IMG/VR virus record: IMGVR_UViG_2636415425_000001
Location: 1 to 64,000 of that record
Length of the DNA: 64,000 nt
Direction: 5' to 3' (one strand)
Origin: a virus
Lineage: Duplodnaviria > Caudoviricetes
Shown: positions 7,087 to 14,347 of the stretch, piece by piece
How the letters are laid out: each line of letters starts with the position of its first letter
How positions within the stretch are numbered: position 1 is the first letter of the stretch
The notes under the pieces: generated by a model
The model's database searches: none
Told to the model about the DNA's origin: nothing
What the model saw: only the letters and a program-made list of their open reading frames with translations
Made by a program: the position numbers and the translations under genes

Positions 7087-8160
7087 TTGCCCGAATTTTT
7101 CGAGATCGATTTTATTCCGGTTCATAGGCGGGACAGCGGCGATGCGATTTCAATGCGCTATCAGAACGGCGCAACCTGGGAGGTCCATGCCGTCGACGGC
7201 GGCTTCGACACCACGACGCCAATAGTCGCAGCCCATATCAGGAACAACTACGGCACGGATTTCATCAACCGGGTGGTGGTGACCCACCCGGACCAGGACC
7301 ACGCCGAGGGGCTCGCAGGCATCCTCGAAGACTTCCGCGTCGGCGAACTCTGGATGCTGATGCCCTGGGATTATGCGGGAGAGCTGTTGCCGCACTTTGC
7401 GCGGTATAACAACGTCGCCCGTCTGCAGGAGCGTCTGCGTGAGGACTATCCGTACATCGCAAAGCTCGAAGAGATCGCGCGCCGCAAGCACATCCCGATC
7501 TACGCACCCTTCCAAGGAGCGCAGATCGGCGCGTTCACTGTCTTGGCACCGACACCGGATCGCTACCTGCGCATGGTGATCGAGTCGGAAAAGACGCCGC
7601 AGCGATCGATTCGCTCCAAATCCGTCCTTGCGACAATTACAGAGGCGGCCCGCTCGGTCGTGTCGATGATTAAGGCCGGCTGGGGCTCCGAGAATTTCTC
7701 GTCTGAGCCGACGAGCGTGGAAAACGAGATGAGCGTAGTGCAATACGCCTACCTGTGCGGCGAGCGCATCCTGCTCACCGGCGATGCCGGGCGCGACGGG
7801 ATGAAGGAGTCCGCCGACTATCTCGAAAGCCGCGGCGTCTCTCTGCCTGGCATAGATCGTTTCCAGGTGCCACACCACGGCGGCCGTCGCAACATATCGA
7901 CCGAACTCCTGGATCGCTGGGTCGGCCAGCGCCTCCCGCAAATGGTGAAGGAAGGCGATGAGCTGTTCACGGCTATGATTTCATCGGCCAAGGAAGATCC
8001 AGACCATCCCCGAAATGCCGTGCTGCGCGCGCTGTATCATCGAGGTGCCCGCATCGCGACCACAGAAGACGGACATTTTCGAACACAGAAGAACGCGCCC
8101 GAGCGCGCTGGCTGGGTCGCCGCGAAGCGACCGGCTTATCCCAGCGAGCAGGAAAGCTGA
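7087..8160 (+). CDS. MBL-fold metallo-hydrolase (ComEC/Rec2-like)
   Basis: GDA, DGG, THPDQDH, NEMS, LLTGD and VPHHG motifs. Confidence 0.9.
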   Translation: MPEFFEIDFIPVHRRDSGDAISMRYQNGATWEVHAVDGGFDTTTPIVAAHIRNNYGTDFINRVVVTHPDQDHAEGLAGILEDFRVGELWMLMPWDYAGELLPHFARYNNVARLQERLREDYPYIAKLEEIARRKHIPIYAPFQGAQIGAFTVLAPTPDRYLRMVIESEKTPQRSIRSKSVLATITEAARSVVSMIKAGWGSENFSSEPTSVENEMSVVQYAYLCGERILLTGDAGRDGMKESADYLESRGVSLPGIDRFQVPHHGGRRNISTELLDRWVGQRLPQMVKEGDELFTAMISSAKEDPDHPRNAVLRALYHRGARIATTEDGHFRTQKNAPERAGWVAAKRPAYPSEQES

Positions 8161-8924
8161 TGCTCAAGAACCTCGACACATACACCTTGAAGGCGCGCTA
8201 CTATCCCGCGCTCCTTGCTACCATTCCGGGATTAGCCGCGCTCGCGATACTGATTTCCTGGAGCAAATTTGGCCTCACGACGATTGTCGGATCGGCAGCT
8301 ATTCCAGTGCTCGTGTTTGCGGCCGCTGACATCGCGCGCCGTCTCGGAAAGCGCATTGAGCAACGGATTTACAATGAGGTCGGCGGCAAACCCTCCGTGA
8401 CGATGCTTCGATACTCTGACAACACGTTCGATGCCGGCTCGAAAGCCCAATACCGAGCTCTCCTAGAGTCCAAGGTAAATCAGCCTGCGCCGACAGAGGA
8501 GCAGGAACGCGAAAACATAATGGCAGGTGATGCCTTCTATGAGCGAGGCGGAGCTTGGCTTCGCGAGAACACTCGCGACGTTAAAAAATTCTCGCTTTTG
8601 TTCGCCGAAAACATCACTTATGGATTTCGACGAAATCTTTTCGGACTCAAGTGGCCTGCCTTACTTTTGAATCTAGGGCTCGTCCTGCTATCAGCCTTCT
8701 TTCTTTACAAGAAGATCCCACTCGATACCGACGACGATACAACGCTTCGACTTCTCGTCGTCTTTGCGCTGGCGATCATTCATTCGGTCTATATGGCTTT
8801 CGGTGTCAGCAAGCAGAGCGTGGTCGATGCTTCGCGCATCTACGCTCGACAACTCATCCTGTCATGCGAGATCTTTATCGCGAAAGCGAGCAAACTCACA
8901 TCCAAGACCGCGAAGAAAAAGTGA
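8160..8924 (+). CDS. Multi-pass (about 4 TM) membrane protein, possible defence effector
   Basis: TGATG coupling to the MBL gene; two pairs of hydrophobic helices; DxYxxxARxxP motif; lower GC. Confidence 0.8.
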   Translation: MLKNLDTYTLKARYYPALLATIPGLAALAILISWSKFGLTTIVGSAAIPVLVFAAADIARRLGKRIEQRIYNEVGGKPSVTMLRYSDNTFDAGSKAQYRALLESKVNQPAPTEEQERENIMAGDAFYERGGAWLRENTRDVKKFSLLFAENITYGFRRNLFGLKWPALLLNLGLVLLSAFFLYKKIPLDTDDDTTLRLLVVFALAIIHSVYMAFGVSKQSVVDASRIYARQLILSCEIFIAKASKLTSKTAKKK

Positions 8925-8931
8925 GGATATT

Positions 8932-9007
8932 TGGTGCCCGGAACAGGAGTTGAACCTGTATCTTCGCGTTTTCAGCGCGCCGCATAGACCAGCTTTGCTA
9001 TCCGGGC
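8932..9007 (-). tRNA. tRNA-Phe(GAA)
   Basis: Loop CTGAAAA; CCA. Confidence 0.9.
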
Positions 9008-9040
9008 AAGTTTGCGAAATTGCGCAAATGCGCAAGTTGA

Positions 9041-9114
9041 TGGCGCGGGCACCGGGAGTCGAACCCGGGCTTCGAGAGTGGCACTCTCGACGACTACCGT
9101 AGTCATTTGCCCGC
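9041..9114 (-). tRNA. tRNA-Gly(GCC), atypical
   Basis: Loop GTGCCAC; G73; CCA. Confidence 0.8.
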
Positions 9115-9120
9115 TTGAAT

Positions 9121-9208
9121 TGGTGCGCAGAGACGGAGTTGAACCGCCACAGGTTTAACCGGCGCGTTTACAGCGCGTTGGGCTCGCCACATGCCACAGT
9201 GTCTGCGC
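9121..9208 (-). tRNA. tRNA-Tyr(GTA)
   Basis: Loop CTGTAAA, long variable arm, irregular D arm; CCA. Confidence 0.85.
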
Positions 9209-9212
9209 GTGA

Positions 9213-9319
9213 TGGATCTGCTGCCGGGCCGAAGCCGATGCCGACTGTCCCTTCCCAGAGCCTCCGAACTTAATCCGAGGTTGCGGGCCTAGCGCGCGGG
9301 CGCGACACCCGGCAGCAGA
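9213..9319 (-). ncRNA. Putative CCA-ended structured ncRNA
   Basis: Terminal stem TCTGCTGCCG(GG)/(CC)CGGCAGCAGA followed by T-CCA; no anticodon arm. Confidence 0.55.
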
Positions 9320-9321
9320 AT

Positions 9322-9398
9322 TGGTTGCGGGGGCACGATTTGAACGTGCGGCCTCCAGGTTATGAGCCTAGCGAGCTACCGGGCTGCTCCACCCCGCG
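9322..9398 (-). tRNA. tRNA-fMet(CAT) initiator
   Basis: C1.A72 mismatch, CGCGGGGTGGAGCAG 5' end, alpha-type AGG/CCT anticodon stem. Confidence 0.93.
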
Positions 9399-9508
9399 AT
9401 AATCGTGCAAAGGCTACAAACTCCTCTGCGGCGCCGGCGTACATCCGGCCAAGGCGCGATCGTTAGCCCGACGACTAAATTCAGTTCGTGGCCTAACTGA
9501 GTCAAAAT

Positions 9509-9594
9509 TGGCGGAGAGCCGAGGAGTCGAACCCCCATCCCGAAGGAGCGACGGTTTTCAAGACCGCTGGCAGACCATCCCGCCTGGACTCTCC
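9509..9594 (-). tRNA. tRNA-Ser(TGA)
   Basis: Loop CTTGAAA, long variable arm, G73. Confidence 0.88.
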
Positions 9595-9682
9595 AATTTC
9601 GTAGACCTATCCGCTGGCGCGGCAGGCGCGGCCGTTTCAAATCTCCCAGTGAAGGGCGCGGGCCCCGCGCTTTTCGGTCATC

Positions 9683-9760
9683 TGGCTTCCCCTGCTGGAC
9701 TCGAACCAGCGGCCTCGGCCTTCGGACGGCCGCGCTCTCACTCCACTGAGCTAAGGGGAA
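9683..9760 (-). tRNA. tRNA-Arg(CCG)
   Basis: Loop GTCCGAA; CCA. Confidence 0.88.
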
Positions 9761-9764
9761 ATGC

Positions 9765-9797
9765 AAAACGAAAGCCGCCCGGATCGCTCCGGACGGC
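9765..9797 (-). terminator. Intrinsic terminator-like hairpin
   Basis: GCCGTCCGGA-GCGA-TCCGGGCGGC followed by TTTCGTTTT. Confidence 0.6.
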
Positions 9798-9808
9798 CTC
9801 GGAAAGAA

Positions 9809-9859
9809 TTCGCAGAAACTGCGAAAATTTCAGTTGACCCGATTCGCAGAAACTGCGAA
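9809..9859 (+). promoter_or_regulatory. Two identical palindromic operators TTCGCAG-AAA-CTGCGAA flanking a TTGACC -35 box
   Basis: Exact 17-bp copies at 9809-9825 and 9843-9859, upstream of the peptide and XRE genes. Confidence 0.7.
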
Positions 9860-9905
9860 TCTAAAGGGGTCAGGTAAACCCGCCTGACGACTAGGAGAAG
9901 GAAGA

Positions 9906-9974
9906 ATGAAGGTCACCTTCATCATCCGCCTCCGGTTCTGGAAGTGGACACTAGCACTGTCCGTTTCCCGGTAA
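9906..9974 (+). CDS. 22-aa basic/hydrophobic peptide MKVTFIIRLRFWKWTLALSVSR
   Basis: Strong AGGAG RBS; followed by long hairpin at 9973-10016. Confidence 0.5.
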   Translation: MKVTFIIRLRFWKWTLALSVSR

Positions 9975-10047
9975 CCGGGTTCCGGAGGGGGTCCAATCCC
10001 CTCCGGTTCCTTGGTTGAATATAGCCGTTTCATAGGAGGGCTTCAAC

Positions 10048-10317
10048 ATGGCCATCGAGAAGATCGCCACTGGCGCCGACATCGAGGCGCTGCGAAAGGC
10101 CCTTGGCTTCAACCAGGCTGAAATGGCCGACCGGATGGGGCTTGGCTCCAGGGCATATTTCACCATCGAGAAAAGCCCGGAAGCGGTCAATGACCGACAT
10201 ATCATGTTGGCCGAGCACGTCGCGCTGACCGTTGCAGTGGAGCGCGGCGACCGAAGTCTGGTCCCGAGCAACGTCGCCGATCTGGCGGACCGTTTCGCCA
10301 AGATCCGGAAGAAGTAA
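10048..10317 (+). CDS. XRE-family HTH transcriptional regulator
   Basis: LRKALGFNQAEMADRMGLGSRAYFTIE; AGGAGG RBS. Confidence 0.85.
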   Translation: MAIEKIATGADIEALRKALGFNQAEMADRMGLGSRAYFTIEKSPEAVNDRHIMLAEHVALTVAVERGDRSLVPSNVADLADRFAKIRKK

Positions 10318-10318
10318 C

Positions 10319-10347
10319 CCGGCGGCCTAACCCGCCGCCGGTCTTTT
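10319..10347 (+). terminator. Intrinsic terminator
   Basis: CCGGCGGC/GCCGCCGG stem followed by TCTTTT. Confidence 0.65.
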
Positions 10348-10473
10348 CAACGCTCACGCCGTCTGGTTGTATTGGGGCGCGGTCATCCCGCCTCTTTTTG
10401 ACAACACTGAATTTCTTCCTGGGCAATTTCCGGGACAAAGCCGTTTTGAAGTTGACCATTTCAGGAGACGCAT

Positions 10474-11058
10474 ATGGCGCTGGTCGCCTGCAGCGAATGT
10501 GGCCAATCGATCAGCGATCAGGCTACGGCGTGCCCGCACTGTGGTATGCCGCAATCGACACCTGCGCCACCGGACCTCGCTCCGCCAAACCCGGCGAAGC
10601 CCGGAGGTAAACCGTCTACGCGCGAGAAGTTCGTTGTGGGTGTCGCGCTCCTAATTGGAGCAGCCATCTTCATGACACCAAAGAGCGACACCGGTTCTGG
10701 CTCGGCGGCACGGTCAGCCGCGCCACCGGCAAAGGCGGATTGTGGTGACGATCTGGCTTGCCTCTTTAACCAGGTTCGCTTCGAGGCGGGCCGCGTGTGT
10801 CGGGACGATATCGAACGCCGTGCAAAGTACAGCTTCGAATGGACGAACTGGACGATTGACGGAATCTTCAATCAATACGGTTGGCTCGACAAGCAGGCTC
10901 GAACAGTCATTCTCGCTGGCGACGAACTCAAATTCCAGAACGGTTTCGGTGCGTGGTCAATCATGAACTATCGTTGCGACTACGATCCAGCAAAAAAACA
11001 GTTGCTGGCCGTGCGCGTCGGCGAAGGACGATTGCCAAGAATCGAACCCAAGAAGTAG
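10474..11058 (+). CDS. Zinc-ribbon membrane-anchored protein
   Basis: N-terminal CxxC...CPxCG, one TM helix, C-terminal domain. Confidence 0.85.
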   Translation: MALVACSECGQSISDQATACPHCGMPQSTPAPPDLAPPNPAKPGGKPSTREKFVVGVALLIGAAIFMTPKSDTGSGSAARSAAPPAKADCGDDLACLFNQVRFEAGRVCRDDIERRAKYSFEWTNWTIDGIFNQYGWLDKQARTVILAGDELKFQNGFGAWSIMNYRCDYDPAKKQLLAVRVGEGRLPRIEPKK

Positions 11059-11086
11059 CCGACGGCGGGTACCGCCGCCGGCCCCT

Positions 11087-11623
11087 TCATCTCTCGAGCT
11101 CGACGTCCCAGTACAGGAAGTCCTGCCAGGACTCGTGCAGGAAGTTCGGCGGGAAAAGCCGCTGTGCCGCCAGCAGGTCGTGCTGGTTCGGCTCGAACGG
11201 CGCCCGCAACGGCTTCAGGTGGAAGCGGTCCTTCCGCGTGTTGCAAGGACTGCACGCCGCCACGATGTTCGTCCACGACGTCTGACCACCGTCAGCGCGA
11301 GGCAGAACGTGATCGAACGTGAGCTCCCCGCGCAGGTGCTGCTCGCCGCAGTATTGGCAGCGGAAGCGATCGCGGAGGAAGACGTTGAACCGCGTGAAGG
11401 CCACCCGGGCCGGCGGCTTCACGTACTCGCGCAGCGCGATCACCGAGGGCAGGCGCATCACCGTCGACGGGCTGCGGATGACCTGGTCGTACTCCGCGAC
11501 GACGGCGTGAGATCCCTTCACCACGGCCTTAACGGCGTCTTCCCAATTGAATAGCGACAGCGGGAAATAGGACAGCGGCTGGAAGTCGGCATTGAGTACC
11601 AGCGCCGGATTTGCGGCAAACAT
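11087..11623 (-). CDS. HNH endonuclease (McrA-like, tRNA-array-associated type)
   Basis: LVLNAD...RDRFRCQYCG...TFDHVLP...NIVAACSPCN. Confidence 0.92.
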   Translation of the reverse strand: MFAANPALVLNADFQPLSYFPLSLFNWEDAVKAVVKGSHAVVAEYDQVIRSPSTVMRLPSVIALREYVKPPARVAFTRFNVFLRDRFRCQYCGEQHLRGELTFDHVLPRADGGQTSWTNIVAACSPCNTRKDRFHLKPLRAPFEPNQHDLLAAQRLFPPNFLHESWQDFLYWDVELER

Positions 11624-11735
11624 CGTCGGCTCCCTTGGCTGGAACTATGGTTGAATTGCGGCTGCGGGTTGGCTAGTTAGGATCGGTTCTTCTCTGGGTT
11701 GCGATTCCAAAACCAGCTATTTGCGGTGAATTTCA

Positions 11736-12368
11736 ATGAAATCGGGTACTTTCGGCCTTTTGTTGACCTGTATTGCCTGTCCCGCCTTGGCCGATCCGCT
11801 ACCCAACCCAGCAATGAACTGGACAGGCTTTTACCTCGGCGCCCACGGTGGCTACGGCGTCGCGTCCTCGATCTACAACGAGCGCGAGGGCGGCTTCGGC
11901 GGCGGTCAGGTAGGCTACAACTTCCAATACGAGCACCTGGTGCTCGGCATTGAGGGCGATGGCTTTGCTGGTCGGATAAGCCAAAGCACGAATACCGGCT
12001 ACGCCATCTCCAACACGATCAACGGCGGCTTCAGCGTCCGCGGCCGCGCAGGTATCGCTGTTGATCAGCTTCTCCTTTACGGCACGGGCGGCGTCGCCTT
12101 CGTCAAGAACCAGTTTTACTGGACCAATCTGTCCAACCCCGGCATCGGTCGCCCGTTGGTCGGCACTCCGATGCAGGATGCTCAGTGGCACGACGGCTGG
12201 ACTGTTGGAGCCGGCCTCGAGTACGCGTTCGATCGCAACTGGTCGGCGCAGGTCCAGTACACTTACGCGCGCTTTTCGGCTCACGACTATCTGTACCTCA
12301 ACAGCAACATCAACCACTACGGCTTCGACCTGTCGACGGCCCGAGCTGGCGTGAACTACCGCTTCTAG
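11736..12368 (+). CDS. Outer-membrane beta-barrel protein (Omp25/RopB family)
   Basis: Signal peptide, NWTGFYLG, GGQVGYN, GWTVGAGLEY, C-terminal GVNYRF. Confidence 0.92.
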   Translation: MKSGTFGLLLTCIACPALADPLPNPAMNWTGFYLGAHGGYGVASSIYNEREGGFGGGQVGYNFQYEHLVLGIEGDGFAGRISQSTNTGYAISNTINGGFSVRGRAGIAVDQLLLYGTGGVAFVKNQFYWTNLSNPGIGRPLVGTPMQDAQWHDGWTVGAGLEYAFDRNWSAQVQYTYARFSAHDYLYLNSNINHYGFDLSTARAGVNYRF

Positions 12369-12370
12369 GT

Positions 12371-12445
12371 TGGTAGGCGCAGCCGGATTCGAACCGACGA
12401 CCAAACCGTTATGAGCGGCCGGCTCTACCACTGAGCTATGCGCCC
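12371..12445 (-). tRNA. tRNA-Ile2(CAT, lysidine)
   Basis: GCCGCTCATAACGGT anticodon arm typical of Ile2. Confidence 0.85.
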
Positions 12446-12450
12446 GTTGA

Positions 12451-12527
12451 TGGTCGGCGTGGCAGGATTTGAACCTACGGCCCCCTGCTCCCGAAGCAGG
12501 TGCGCTACCAGGCTGCGCCACACGCCG
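12451..12527 (-). tRNA. tRNA-Pro(CGG)
   Basis: Loop TTCGGGA; CCA. Confidence 0.92.
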
Positions 12528-12560
12528 GATGAACTTTCCGATGAAATCGGACGATAGGAA

Positions 12561-12636
12561 TGGCGCCCCTGACGAGGATCGAACTCGCCGAAACCCGATC
12601 GACAGTCGGGCCCCTTCTCCAGCTGGGTCCAGGAGC
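12561..12636 (-). tRNA. tRNA-Asp(GTC)
   Basis: Loop CTGTCGA; G73. Confidence 0.88.
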
Positions 12637-12657
12637 AATTTGCATTTTTTGCAAAGA

Positions 12658-12741
12658 TGGTGCGCTCGGCCGGGGTCGAACCGGCACGGTTTCCCGGCGC
12701 CCTCTCAAGACGCTGCGTCTACCGAATTCCGCCACAAGCGC
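12658..12741 (-). tRNA. tRNA-Leu(GAG)
   Basis: Loop TTGAGAG, variable arm, A73. Confidence 0.9.
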
Positions 12742-12753
12742 ATATAAAGCCCC

Positions 12754-12912
12754 ATGCCCGAGAACGTCCGCTGCGACCATTGCGAAGAAGAATTCACGCC
12801 GGAAGAACTGGTCGTAGTGGCACCACCGGCCGGCGACGGCGAGTTGGCCTGCAAGCGGTGTATCGAAATCATGCTGAGGCGAGCGATCGCGAAGTTGCCT
12901 CGCGAGAACTGA
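12754..12912 (+). CDS. 52-aa zinc-finger-like protein
   Basis: MPENVRCDHC...LACKRC; fills the gap between tRNAs. Confidence 0.55.
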   Translation: MPENVRCDHCEEEFTPEELVVVAPPAGDGELACKRCIEIMLRRAIAKLPREN

Positions 12913-12915
12913 TCT

Positions 12916-13004
12916 TGGTGAACGAGGCAGGATTCGAACCTGCGCGGGGCTCAAGGCCCGTGCGGTTAAGAGCCGCGTGCCGTCGACCGCTTGGCTACTC
13001 GTCC
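12916..13004 (-). tRNA. tRNA-Lys(CTT) with long variable arm
   Basis: Loop CTCTTAA; variable hairpin GGGC-CTTGA-GCCC. Confidence 0.85.
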
Positions 13005-13005
13005 A

Positions 13006-13088
13006 TGGAGAATCCGGGTGGTTTCGAACCACTTGCGCACGGGTTAAAAGGCCGCTCCATCTCCAGTCAGGTTTAACGCTCCGGATCC
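13006..13088 (-). tRNA. Atypical tRNA-Lys(TTT)
   Basis: Loop CTTTTAA, enlarged D region, U73, possible 8/4 acceptor/T stems. Confidence 0.7.
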
Positions 13089-13231
13089 ATCGTTGCGATG
13101 GTTGCGGCGGCCAGCCGCTCCGGTTTGATGTGGCGCGCCGTGACGGCGTCGCTCTTCGCCTTTGCGCGCGCGAGCGCAGCCTGGCTCTCGGCCGACAGCA
13201 CATGCACGCCGGCGGGCAGCTTCTCGGTCAT
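13073..13231 (-). CDS. 52-aa hypothetical protein inside the tRNA operon
   Basis: GAGGAGG RBS; stop overlaps the tRNA-Lys 5' end. Confidence 0.5.
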   Translation of the reverse strand: MTEKLPAGVHVLSAESQAALARAKAKSDAVTARHIKPERLAAATIATMDPER

Positions 13232-13248
13232 GTCGGCCTCCTCGTTGT

Positions 13249-13323
13249 TGGTGCACGCTGCTGGAATCGAACCAACTGCCACTCGCTTATCAGGCGAGGC
13301 CCTCACCGGTCGGACTAACGTGC
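13249..13323 (-). tRNA. tRNA-Ile(GAT)
   Basis: Loop CTGATAA; irregular D arm. Confidence 0.85.
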
Positions 13324-13330
13324 GTTGAAA

Positions 13331-13405
13331 TGGTGCGTCTGGATGGAATTGAACCACCGGCATCGACCGTGTCAGGATCGCGCTCTACCACTGAGCTACG
13401 GACGC
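13331..13405 (-). tRNA. tRNA-Val(GAC)
   Basis: Loop CTGACAC. Confidence 0.92.
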
Positions 13406-13409
13406 GAAT

Positions 13410-13484
13410 TGGTGCGCGCTGACCGGCTCGAACGGCCGACATCCTGCGTGTAAAACAGGCGCTCACCCGCTGAGCTAAGCGCGC
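13410..13484 (-). tRNA. tRNA-Val(TAC)
   Basis: Loop TTTACAC. Confidence 0.92.
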
Positions 13485-13489
13485 GGTTG

Positions 13490-13568
13490 TGGTGCCCCAG
13501 GCCGGATTCGAACCGGCAATGAAGCTGCTTTTGAGGCAGCGGCGTCTACCACGTTCCGCCACCGGGGC
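13490..13568 (-). tRNA. tRNA-Leu(CAA), short variable loop
   Basis: Loop CTCAAAA. Confidence 0.9.
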
Positions 13569-13592
13569 AATGGAATGACCATGGAATTGCAA

Positions 13593-13675
13593 TGGTGCGG
13601 ACGGAGGGGATCGAACCCACACTCCGAAGAACCGGTTCCTGAGACCGGCGCGTCTACCACTTCCGCCACGTCCGC
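13593..13675 (-). tRNA. tRNA-Leu(CAG)
   Basis: Loop CTCAGGA; variable arm. Confidence 0.92.
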
Positions 13676-13707
13676 GCTAACTTATCTCGAGCTAGGGGGC
13701 TCTCACG

Positions 13708-14169
13708 ATGCACAAAATTCTAACGGCAGCAGTGGCTTTTACGGCCATCGCCGGGATCTCGCATGCGGAAGATAGGCAGACCCAAATGTTCACGGATCCT
13801 GACATGAACGCATGCTGGTTCGGGGAAGCCCCCGGTTGCGAATCCTGGGCGCGCGCGGAGAGCTATGCCACTATGGCGCTCATTTGCCGACAGATCGGCA
13901 AAGCCGATCGTTGCATGCCAGCCGAACAGGTTTTTGACATTACCTTGGTGGCCGGTGCAGCGATCGCTCTCGCCAAATCGAGCGCAGCAGGCAATCCGCT
14001 CCAGGACGATCGATTTTGGCTTGTGACGACCATATTGCGCGCCGCGAGCCGCGCTCGCGCAGCCCAATCAAATGCCGCTATTGAAGGCTTGCGAGCCGCG
14101 ATTGCGGCCGTACCTGAGAAGCTCCGGTGGGACGGCTTCCGCGAGACGCTGAAGGACAAGGGCTTGTAG
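13708..14169 (+). CDS. Secreted hypothetical protein
   Basis: Signal peptide ending SHA; GGGGG RBS. Confidence 0.7.
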   Translation: MHKILTAAVAFTAIAGISHAEDRQTQMFTDPDMNACWFGEAPGCESWARAESYATMALICRQIGKADRCMPAEQVFDITLVAGAAIALAKSSAAGNPLQDDRFWLVTTILRAASRARAAQSNAAIEGLRAAIAAVPEKLRWDGFRETLKDKGL

Positions 14170-14191
14170 AAGGCCTTGAGGTTTGACCGTC

Positions 14192-14266
14192 TGGTGCTTC
14201 CAGCAGGCCTCGAACCTGCGTTGCCGCCTTACCAAAGCGGTGTCCTCCCGACTGAACGATGGAAGC
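14192..14266 (-). tRNA. tRNA-Thr(GGT)
   Basis: Loop TTGGTAA. Confidence 0.9.
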
Positions 14267-14270
14267 GGAT

Positions 14271-14347
14271 TGGTGCCCGCAGCATGGGATCGAACCTGCG
14301 ACCTCTCGCCTACAATGCGAGCGCTGCTACCGCTGAGCTATACGGGC
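14271..14347 (-). tRNA. tRNA-Thr(TGT)
   Basis: Loop ATTGTAG; bulged T stem. Confidence 0.82.

Noticed and set aside
9660-9685. Hammerhead ribozyme after tRNA-Arg(CCG)
   Set aside because: CAGATGA..GAAA lacks the CUGANGA core and stem II
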